This document shows, piece by piece, positions 39,278 to 49,680 of a stretch of DNA of 64,000 nt (position 1 is the stretch's first letter; the number at the start of each line of letters is the position of its first letter). The stretch lies in NCBI RefSeq assembly GCF_964194155.1, contig NC_135888.1, forward strand, positions 108,748,001 to 108,812,000, in the 5' to 3' direction. Source of the stretch: Cetorhinus maximus (lineage: Eukaryota). A program made the position numbers and the translations under genes. Below the pieces are notes generated by a model. It ran no database searches, was not told where the DNA came from, and saw nothing but the letters and a program-made list of their open reading frames with translations.

Positions 39278-39990
39278 GGGCTGAATTCTAAGACCCCTGG
39301 GGACAAGTTGGCATGCGGGGCATGGTAGCTGTAAAATTAGGCACCATGTCATGGCACATTCCCAACACCTACCTCCCTGCCACCCCCACCTCAACCTCCT
39401 CTGCAATTTTCCCAGCAGTGGGGGAGGTGTCATGAGGCCCGCCCGCTCTCTGTGTGCCAATGGATTTTGCCCACAGTGACAGGAGGCCAGCGACAAGTGC
39501 CCATCCCGCCACGTTTCACTGGGTGGGCTGTTAGCTGGCAAAGGTGGGGAATGGTTGCCTCCTTTAGAGGCCCCTTGTGCCTATCAAAGCTCTCCCTCAA
39601 GGTCTTCTCCCTCCCCCTCCTTACTTACCCCCACCCCTTGCTCCCACCCCCTGTCTATCTAGGTCCCCCTCCCCCTTGACCCCCTTGCCAGGGCCTGCCA
39701 GCCTGGCCCAAGCAAGACCCCAGACTTACTTTAATGTCCAACTCTATCGCAACTTGCGTCTCTCTGCGACTACTGCAGGTCCAGAAATGACCACTGCTCC
39801 CGGTAGTGCTGCTGGCACCAGAAAGCTGCCATCCATCTGATTTGCCGGTAGCTCTCAAAGGCAGGACTTCCTCCCTGATGCGGGTGGAAGGCCTGCCTTT
39901 AACTCATTAAAGGCCCGACCGGTGGAGGCTCAACCCTGACATTTATGTTGGGGTGGGGGGCAGGGACACCTCCCATGTAAAATTCAGCCC
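39278..39990. mobile_element. GC-rich non-autonomous DNA transposon (family B) with intact TIRs
   Basis: GGGCTGAATTCTA ... TAAAATTCAGCCC. Confidence 0.7.
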
Positions 39991-40139
39991 TTAATCTGGA
40001 CATATAGATGCAGGTAATTTGTGACACCGCCTCGAGTAAAGGTATTCAAGATTTTTAGCAAAGACTCATGTTATCGCTTGCCGTAAGCAAGAGAAAGGTG
40101 ACTGTCTGTCCTTTTGGAGTTATTTGTGCCTTATAAAAA

Positions 40140-40435
40140 AGAAAGACTTGCATTTATATTACACCTTACACGACCTTGGCATGTCCCAAAGCACTTTACA
40201 GTCAATTAAATGGATCTTTGAAATGTAGTCACAATTCTAATGTAAGAACCATGGCAGCCAATTTGTGCCACAACCAGCAATGTAATAATAACCAGATTTT
40301 CTTTTGGATGTTTTTTTGACAAATAACTATTGGCCAGGTTTGCTGCTTTGCTGCTCTTCTTTGAAATAGTGCCACAGGGTCTTATATGTCCACCCAGAGG
40401 GCAGACTTGACTTAATATCTCATCCGAAAGATGCT
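40140..40435 (-). mobile_element. DeuSINE (SacSINE1-like), 5'-truncated
   Basis: Deu-domain-like core homologous to 13520-13855, plus an L2-like tail (tataaatgcaagtctttc on the minus strand). Confidence 0.7.
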
Positions 40436-40456
40436 TATTGGTACCACAAATACTAA

Positions 40457-41045
40457 GGTGGTGTAGTGATATTGTCACTGGACTGGTAATCCAGAGACCC
40501 AGGGTAATGCGCCGGGGACCCAGGTTTCAATCCACCACGGTGGTGGAATTTGAATTCAATAAAATCTGGAATTAAAAGTCCAATGATAACCATGAAATCT
40601 TTGTCGGTTGTCATTAAAATCCATCTGATTCACTAAATGCCCTTTAGGTATGGAAATCTGTCGTCCTCACCTGATTTGGTTGATGTGTGTATGACAACAG
40701 ATCCACAGCCATGTGGTTGACTCTGAAATGGCCTAGTAAGCCACTCAGTTGTATCTAACGGCTAGAAAGCTAATAGAAAGGAATGAAACCAGACAGACCA
40801 CCTGGCTCTGACCTACCAACCAGAAACGACAATGGCAAATCCAGCCCCATCAACCCCGCAAAGTCCTCCTTACTAACATCTGGGGGGTTAGTGCCAAAAT
40901 TGGGAGAACAGTCTCACAGACTAGTCAAGCAACAGCCTAACATAGTTATCCTCACGGAATTATACCTTAAAAATCATGTCCCAGACACAACCATCATCAT
41001 GTATGCCCTGTCCTGCCAGCAGGACAGAAGTGGTGTACAGACAGG
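40457..41045 (+). mobile_element. 5' end of the LINE family: tRNA-like head followed directly by the APE N-terminus
   Basis: A-box-like TGGTGTAGTGA at 40459, stem-loop CTGGA-CTGGTAA-TCCAG, B-box-like GGTTTCAATCC at 40523, then LVPKLGEQSHRLVKQQPNIVILTELYL. Confidence 0.8.
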
Positions 41046-41048
41046 AGG

Positions 41049-42160
41049 GCATTTATTGTCCATCCCTAGTTGTCCTTGAGAAAGTGGTGGTGAGCTGCCT
41101 TCTTGAAGCCGCTGCAGTCCATGTGGTGTAGGTACACCCACAGTGCTGTTAGGAAGGGAGTTCCATGATTTTGACCCAGTGACAAGTGAAGGAACGGCAA
41201 TATATTTCCAAGTCAGGATGGTGAGTGACTTGGAGGGGAACTTCCAGGTGGTGGTGTTCCAGGTGCTGTTGTTGTCCTTCTAGATAGTAGTGGTCATTGG
41301 TTTGGAAGGTGCTGTCTAAGGAACCTTAGTGAATTCCTGCAGTGCATCTTGTAGATAGTACACACTGCTGCTACTGTGCGACGGTGGTGGAGGGAGTGAA
41401 TGTTTGTGGATGTGGTGCCAATCAAGCGGCTACTTTGTCCTAGACAGTGTCAACTTCTAGATTGTTGTGGGAGCTGCACTCATCCAGGCAAGTGGAGAGT
41501 ATTCCATCACACTCCTGACTTGTGCCTTGTAGATGGTGGACAGGCTTTGGAGAGTCAGGAGGTGAGTTATTCGTTGCAGGGTTCCTAGTCTCTGACCTGG
41601 TCTTCTAACACAGTATTTATATGGCTAGTCCAGTTTAGTTTCTGGTCAGTGGATGTTGATGGTGCGGGATTCAGTGATGGTAATGCCATTGAAAGTCAAG
41701 GGGTGATGGTTAGATTCTCTCTTGTTGGAGATGGTCATTGTCTGGCAGTGCGTGACGCAAATGTTACTTGCCACTTGTCAGCCCAAGCCTGGATATTGTA
41801 CAGGTCTTGTTGAATTTGGATATGGACTGCTTCAGTATCTGAGGAGACGCGAATGGTGCTCACTTGGGCAATCATCAGCAAACATCCCCACTTCTGACTA
41901 TATGATGGATGCAAGGTCATTGATGAAGCAGCTGAAGACGGTTGGGCCAAGGATACTACCCTGAGGAACTCCTACAGTGATGTCCTGGAGCTGAGATGAC
42001 TGACCTCCAACAACCACAACCATCTTCCTTTGTGCTACGTATGACATCAAGCAGCGGAGAGTTTTCCCCCTGACTCCCATTGACTCCAGCTTTGCTAGGG
42101 CTCCTTGATGCCACACTAGGTCAAATGTGGCCCTGATGCCAACGGCAGTCACTCTCACCT
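41049..42160 (-). mobile_element. Inverted LINE 3' half (RT C-terminus and tail)
   Basis: RVTAVGIRATFDLVWHQGALAKLESMG...GVPQGSILGPTVFSCFINDL. Confidence 0.85.
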
Positions 42161-42314
42161 CACTGCAACCATCTTCATCCAGAAGTGCACAGTGGATGAT
42201 TTATCTCTGCCTCCCCCGAGACCCTTACCATCATAAGTGCCAGTCTAAAAGCAATTCAGTTCATCCCACATGTCAAGAAATGGCTGAATATATTGGATAC
42301 AGCAAAGGCTATGG

Positions 42315-42557
42315 TGTTAATCTCTTGTCAAATACATTGTTACGGTTTGTTGATTTCATGTCAATTACATTGTTAAGGTTAAAAGAAACAGGGGATGGGT
42401 ATTAATTTTCTTTAAGCACACATGAATAGGGGATAGCTGGAACACAGGGTTGAGTGGGAGGAGAGCTGTGAGACTAAACAGGTCAATAAACTCCTCAATA
42501 AAGAGAAGCTCTGTGTTTTGGTTTCCGCTTCACTGACTGGCGTGAATCCTATAAACA
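42315..42557 (+). mobile_element. Possible short solo LTR
   Basis: Starts TGT, contains two AATAAA, ends ...ataaaca, and interrupts the LINE. Confidence 0.4.
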
Positions 42558-43046
42558 TACGGGCCAGGATTTTACAGTCGGCGTGTGGGGTTGGTCCCGA
42601 CACGCCAGCGGGTAAAATTATGCGGATTAACGTCGGGCGTGTGTCCTGAAGTCACTGCGCGCCATCGCGATATTTTGGAAGGCGGGCACTATGAGGACGG
42701 AGGCGTGCCCGCCATTAATTAACAGGCCAGTTAAGGCCCTTGAGGCATCAATTGAATTCAATCTTGCGCAACCCGTGCGATTTTCAGGGTGTCGCATGAG
42801 CAGGTGGGTAGGCCACATTTTCAAAAACCTCATCCATGGGTGGGATAAGAGGGGTGAGTGGGCTCGCTACTGCGAGTTGTTAGAACTTTAGATTATTACT
42901 TACTGCTACTTGCTTGTGTGAACAGGACAATCTCATTTCGCTTCAGAGCTGCTTTAGCAGAAATAACAGGCTTCAGTTCAGCACTCCGAAGGAGTCATAA
43001 CACTTGGGGCCTTCCAAGTATCAGGCAGTCTTCCTTTACCCTGGGA

Positions 43047-44281
43047 ATGGGGACTGTGCTCTCCACTGGAGGCACCTCCTCTGAGGAGGAAGAGAGGGCC
43101 AGAAGTGGGGGGAGGCCAGGTGTCCTAATGCATCCTCCAGGGGAGCCCCCTGTGGGAGGACAGACGTAGGCACAAGGGGCACAGGGCCAACAGGAAGTCC
43201 AAGGTGGAAGGGGCCGCAGAAGTCGCCACTTTCCTCCTGCCAGGGTTTACAGGAGGCGATGCAGCTACCTCAATATGTCTGAGGTTCAATGCCGAAGGAA
43301 GCTCCGCATCTCAAGGGAGACTGTGACCTCCAGCTGTCAGATGATTGGCCCTGAGATCAGCTCCAACTGTGTTGGTGGACGCCCCAGGCCAGTGGCGCTG
43401 AAGGTCACGGTGGCCCTCCACTTCTATGCCTCAAGCGCTTTCCAAGGGTCGGTGGGGGATCTTTGTGGAGTCTCCCAAGCAGTTGTCCACAGTTGTGTCA
43501 AGCTGGTGACAGATGCTCTGTTCAGGTGTGCATTGACTTTTATTCACTACCGCACGGACGAGGTCAGCCAGGCAGAGCGAGCCAGAAGCTTTGCTGCGAT
43601 TGCTGGATTCCCCCACGTCTAGGGTGCCATCGACTGCACACATGTGGCCATCAAGGCGCCAGCGGGTGAGCCCGGTGCCTTCACTAACAGGAAGGGCTTC
43701 CACTCCATGAACGTGCAGATAGTGTGTGACCATAGGATGCAGATTCTGCAAATCTGTGCAAGATACCCAGACAGCTCCCATGACGCTTACAGCCTGAGAT
43801 ACTCCCAGGTGCCGAGGCTCTTCAGTACTCTAGCCCGGCTAGATGGATGGCTGCTGGGTGACAAGGGCTATCCCCGCAAAATGTGGCTCATGACGTCTCT
43901 CCGCCATCCAAGAATAGAGGCTGAGCAGCGGTACAACAGGAGCCACACCTCCACAAGGGCGGTGGTAGAGAGGACCATCGGTCTTCTCAAGATGCACTTC
44001 CAATGCCTGGACCGCTCAGGGGTGCACTGCAATACCCCCCAGATTGTGTGATACTGATAGTGGTTGCATGCTGCGCTCTCCACAATCTGGTGTTGGAAAG
44101 GGGGGACGCTGTGGAGCAAGAAGATGTTGACACAGCTGCTCTGGCAGCAGATGATGAGTCCAATAGTGAGTCCAAGGATGAGCACACTCAGGGGAACTCT
44201 GAGGGGATAGACGCTGACCTGGGCAACCTCCAGGGAGGCAGGGATACCCGGGAGGCTTTGATCCAATGCTCCTTCAGCTAA
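43047..44281 (+). pseudogene. Harbinger (HARBI1-like) DDE transposase, disrupted
   Basis: GAIDCTHVAI, FTNRKGFHSMNVQIVCD, SSHDAY, WLLGDKGYP, YNRSHTSTRAVVERTIGLLKMHFQCLDRS, ACCALHN. TAG stops at 43167 and 43620 and a frameshift near 44020. Confidence 0.92.
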
Positions 44282-44619
44282 CCTACCAAAGATGCACCAC
44301 AACCACATGCCAGGGCTGCAGGCTCCATACTCGATACCAGACAGGAACATTTGCTTGGTGAACAACATGCTCTATGTGCCATTTCAATAAAGTTCAAAGA
44401 CAAGCAAGTCACTCATAACATCATGGGTTACCCTTCACCTGCAGAACTAATGAAGCACCCAGAGGCTTGTTGAGAACCAACACATTTACTGGTGTGGAGC
44501 CTGGCATACACAAATCAAAGTAAATGTAAAGGTGTTCAACATCACACCAACTTAAAAAGAACTGAAAAGTGGGGCAAAAAAAACCCACCAGTGATAAGCC
44601 CGTGTTGTGCCTAAGGTGA

Positions 44620-45780
44620 TTTACATTTGTGGGTGCTACATCTACGTGCTCCCCCTCGCTGGCACCGGCATTGGGGACAGCCTGCTCACTCTGCTGTCCT
44701 ATTGGACTTGATACCTTGGTGGGCGTCCTCTGGCCTGTGGAGCCTGTGCTGGCCCCAACGAGATACTATCTGCTGATCTACTGCCCACCGAGATGCTGGT
44801 ATCTGTGCTGGTGCCTGCCTGGCTGAGAGGTTGTGGCACGGGTGCGTTTAGATCCTCCGTGTCCTCAGGGGTGAGCGGCGGCCCTTCAGGCTCCTGACCC
44901 CTAGAACCTTCTGGTGATCCTGAAAGGAAGAACAAGGACATGCGATTAGTTGAAGTTGTTGCTCTGTTACTGTGCATGCCTGGCACCCGTCTTTCTATTA
45001 CCAATGGGGATTCCATGTTGGAGGCTCACAGCAATATACAGACAGCAGTGGAAAGGTCGCTATGACAGACATTGTGACCTCAGTGCACGGCACTCTTACC
45101 TCCCTGTGGCACCCCAACTTCACTGCGGCTGGTTGATCTAGGCGCAGGGTGCCTGCCAGCTCCAGTGCCTCCTGCTTGTATTTGGTCAGGATTAGAAGGT
45201 GGGGCTGCCCTCCACCAGTCCGCAGCCTCACTGTGTTATTTTGGGATGTCTTCTCCTGAAAGGAGAGAGGAGCATTGATTAATCCACCCTGTACCGGCAT
45301 TGCCATTGCAGCCTGGCCACCCCCACCTGAGGAAAACCTTGCAGGGCTCAGCCGATTTGTGACCCTGGAGCAGCCAGACACTCATTCCAAGCAGCCAGGG
45401 CTCACCCGCTTGCCCAGATGCGGCCTCCATGACATTTGTCACTCACACTCTAAGAACTCTGAAGACCTGGGTGGTGGGGGGACGTGCCCAACTGCTGTGC
45501 GAAGTGACCCAATCCAACACGGTACTCACCCTTCCAGATCGCAGGAGTGCTTGCGGCACTGCACCCTGGTGCGCCTCACCACATCACGGGAGCTGACCCT
45601 GGATGTCACCTCATCCCAGGCATGTTTGGTGAGGCAGGGGGGCCTCCTCCTCCCATCCCTGGGGACGAGTATAACCTGGCGTGCTGCCACCTCCTCCAGG
45701 AGGGCAGCGAGACAGTCGTCTGAAAACCTCAGGGCTGACTGCCCCGCCGACCTGCCCTGTTCTGCAACGACGTTCTGCAT
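44620..45780 (-). pseudogene. Harbinger Myb/SANT-like DNA-binding ORF2, three exons (45780-45530, 45255-45100, 44919 to about 44620)
   Basis: RFSDDCLAALLEEVAARQVIL...KHAWDEV...QCRK; EKTSQN...RTGGG; GTSTDTSISVG. GT/AG sites at 45529, 45257, 45099 and 44921. Confidence 0.8.
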
Positions 45781-48700
45781 CCATACGGCAGTGCAAATTC
45801 AAAGGCAGCCTTCGCATGGCTGCCTGCGCCGTTTTTGAATAGGCTGCCAGGTCCAATGGTGACCCGGCGGACATTGAGCTCCCACCCCCACCCACCCCTT
45901 CCCGCTGACCCCGGAGATGCACATTATGCTGGGTGGGCCTTAGTTGGTCCGCCTGCGTAAAACAGCGGTGCACACCCGATCACGGGCGACGGTCCGGTTC
46001 CCGACCGCCCCCACTCGCTCCCGCCAAACCCATGGGATCTGACAACATGCTGGCAGTACTCAGAAGACTTGTGCTTCTGAAGTAGCCACGCCCCTAGCCA
46101 AGCTGTCCCAGTACAGCTACAACACTGGCAGCTACCTGACAATATGGAAAAATGCCCAGGTACATCCTGTTCTGAAAAAGCAAGACAAATCCAATATTGC
46201 CAGCTACCTTCCCAGCAGTCCACTCTCAATCGTCAGAAAAGAGTGGAAGGTGTCATGATAGTGCTACCAAGTGGTACCTACTCACCAATAACCTGCTTAC
46301 CAATGCTCACATTGAGTTCTGCCAAGACCACTCAGCTGCAGACAAGGACAAAAGAGTTGAATTCCAGAGATGAGGTGAGAATGACTGCCATTGACATCAA
46401 GACAGCATTTGACCAAGTGACCTAGGAGCCCTAGCAAAATTGTAATCAGTGGGAATAAGGGGAAAAATTCTTCACATATTGCATTAATACCTGGCATAAA
46501 GGAAGATGTTTGTGGTTGTTGGAGGACAATTATCTCTGCCCCAGGATATCACTGCAGGAGTTCCTTAGGGTAGAGTTCTAGGCCCAACCATCTTCAGCTG
46601 CTTCATTAATGACCTCTCCTCCGTCACAAGGTCAGAAGTGGGGATGTTCACTGATGACTGCACAGTGTTCAGTCCATTCACAGCTCTCAAATAATGAAGC
46701 AGGCCGCCCATGCTGGACAAGGTTCAGACTGGCTTTTTCCAAAACTCTTTCATGGAATGTGGACATCGTTGGCAAGGCCAGCAGTTATTGCCCATTGCCA
46801 TTGAGAACATGGTTTTGAGCCGCCTTCTTGAACTGCTGCAGTCCAAGTGTTGTAGGAACACCCACAATACTATTAGGAAGGGAGTTCCAGGATTTTGACC
46901 CAGCGACAGTGAAAGAACAGTGATATATTTCTAAGTCAGGATGCTGTCTGGTTTGGAGGGACATTGATAAGTGGCAAGTAACATTCGCATGATACAAGTG
47001 CAAGTCAACAACTATCTTCAATGAGAGAGTCCAACATCACCCTTGGCATTTAACAGCATTGCCATGGCTGAATCCACTAACATCAACATACTGAGGGTCA
47101 CCATTGACAAGAAACTTAATTGGATGAGCTACATTAACACTGTGACTACAAAAGCAGATCAGAGGCTTGGTATTCTGTGGTAAGTAACTCACCTTCTAAC
47201 TTGCCAAAGCCTGTCCACAATCTATAAAGCCCAAGTCAGGAATGTGACAAAATACTGTCCACTGGGTGAGTGTATTTTCTCCTGAAGAGAACTGATCCAG
47301 CAAATCATCCATAGAAATTTAGCATCAGATCTGCTGGGGACTGTGTTGAATGTGGATTTAAAAGAGCAAATGTAAAGAGACAATACTGTTGTTTAAGATG
47401 GTTTTGGAACCTTTCTTTTTCTTAGCACAGTCAGAAGGCTTTGTGCTTTAGCACTGCCATATTTATGACTCATCCACAGAATTGGGGCATGGATTTCTCA
47501 ATGGGAAACTTGCTCTACTTATACTTTCTAAGACAGAGGAAAATGTGGAGGAGAAGCATAGTTTTGGTAAGCTGTTCAAGGCTGCATCAGAAGAATACTG
47601 CATGCACTTGTCATTATCCTTTCAGCTGCATTTACAGACAGAAAAGCAGTTAGCTGGATTTGCCAAAGATGCCCTGTTCATGGACAGTCAAATTCAACAG
47701 GGAGACAGGAACAGACTTCTTCCACATACAGCAAGCTGACCTGCAACCAAACTCCTCCACAGGCAGAAGTCAACAAGCTTCAGCAAAGGAGCAATGAAGA
47801 CAAGCAGGAGAGGTCCAATCATTCTGCTGCACAATCTCTCATTAAGGAGACCATTCCTAAGTCTGCATTTGCATGAACTGTTGTTATGCTCTCAACAGAT
47901 ACACCATCATGTACAATGTCTTTAGCTCTTATTGAACCAATGAGTATTTCTCACCTGCCCATAACAGAACAAAGCCATTTTCATGAGAAAATTAATTCTG
48001 GCATTCCTGTGGTTTCCATAAAATTAACTGCAAACACTATTCTACCTTTTCAATCTAACCCAGATTGATGGGTGAATTTTGTTTCCGTGAATAATGACTA
48101 AGTGGTCTCAGGGCAGTTCCTAATAGATAGAGGCCACGGTATAAAACATTAACTCATTCCCACACAGGCAATAGCTAGCATGAGGAGTAAAAATGTCATA
48201 CCAGTGTCATGGAGCACTTTTACAGAGGTTTGTATTAAGGCATATTGCTAACACAGTAAAAGGTCCCCTGACTCGCTGTGCAATATACTTTTTCTACAGG
48301 TGCTCAGTGCTAAGCTTTGTGCCAAAAGAAGAAAAATGTTCCATTGCCAAACACTAAAACACCTCATCTTGATTAACAAACAATTCATCAAGTAAAACAA
48401 GAAATTGATTGCGATATTAACTCCAGTTAGAGTGCATTTGATCTCTGATTAGAATACCCAGCTCTAATTCCCAGCCTCTCTGTGCATGTTTCATCATTAA
48501 TCAACTGAGATCCTGGAGATTAATGGTAATGCAATATCTACCTCTGAGGGAAGGTGGAAACAGCCTCTATGAACTCGTGCCAACCACTTAGATGACTGCA
48601 TCAGTCACTAAATATGGAATTTGTCTAACTGCACTATGAGCGGGGTTAGGATGAAAAGTTGGCAAATGAAAGTTCAAATTTTGTTAATATTTTTGTCTGT

Positions 48701-49680
48701 TCCTTCCTTCCTCCTTTCCAAAGTGTTGACTTCTTTCCAAAGATACCAGGCGTACTGATATAGCTCGCCATGTTCCACATGTGTGCATGGACAGTAAGTC
48801 TAGCCATTTGATTATGAGGCAATGCAGACAAGCTCAATGCTATCCTCACCTTAACATCCACGTGCAGCAAAAGGCAGCTAGACAGCGGTCAACATTGTAA
48901 AACCATCCTTTTTCATCCCTTTCCACTCAGGGCTACTGAAGCCAAATGTAGTGTTAGCTCGTATGCTGGATGAGACCAGATAATTTAGTACAGAATTGGG
49001 AGGAATTTGAATTCCTCTTGATCTGTATGGCTCAGCTATTCCCATTTTTAAATGAACTATCTTAAATGGAAATGTTCTGAGATGCTCAGCTGGGTGGCCT
49101 GGTTGATGCATTGTCAGATATGTCAGATTAAAAAATGTTCAGATCAGTACTGAAACATATCAGATTAAAGTTTGATTTCAGTGACCTTTACTCAACTAAA
49201 TGGGGATACCCACCATTAAGCTCCAGAGAACCTTCAAAAAAAATCATAGAAATAATGGAGTATTAACCTGTACTGAGCCTTGAATGCGTAACCCTAGAAA
49301 TAGGAAGTGTTGTCTACAAGGAGCTAACTTCCCTAACTAGATCCCAATGACTAAATTCATAATCGATAGGCAGAAAATCTAGTCATTTTAATTCCATGAG
49401 AAAGGTCAGCCAGTCAATTCACATTTTAACTTACAGAGAAACATGTACGGTTCAACAAACTCTACATCCAAAATTATCATTAAGTTTTGCTGTTTAAAGA
49501 GTCCTTATGTAGAAACAATGGAATCAATAAATAATAATGTGAAATTGAAGTATTGTACAACAATTATCAGAATCCATGAAATGCACCTACACACCCACTT
49601 CACCCTGCTGACTCCCACTTAGTCTGGACATGTGCTATGCCACAAGCAATTGAATAGTAATTAAATAAAACCAAAGATAT

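Larger units (their letters stand above)
42562..46030 (+). mobile_element. Near-complete autonomous-type Harbinger transposon (transposase plus convergent Myb/SANT-like ORF2); right TIR missing
   Basis: Left TIR GGCCAGGATTTT, two convergent genes, subterminal regions homologous to the MITEs. Confidence 0.9.
42165..47265 (+). mobile_element. LINE middle/3' portion split by nested insertions (LINE sequence at 42165-42314 and 46032-47265)
   Basis: ...aaaggctatgg at 42314 resumes as atgggatctgacaac at 46032. A minus-strand LINE tail is inserted at about 46733-46962. Confidence 0.75.

Noticed and set aside
40457-40545. Functional tRNA-Thr gene
   Set aside because: It has an extra ~20-bp insertion, a degenerate acceptor stem and B box, and is continuous with retroelement sequence.
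43047-44281. Domesticated HARBI1 gene
   Set aside because: It has premature stops and a frameshift, and lies within a TIR-bearing element with ORF2, so it is a transposon copy.
47482-47739. ORF considered as the next (EF-hand) FSTL4 exon
   Set aside because: No DxDxxG EF-hand loop, no GDxC start and no suitable splice sites. The next exon probably lies beyond the window.
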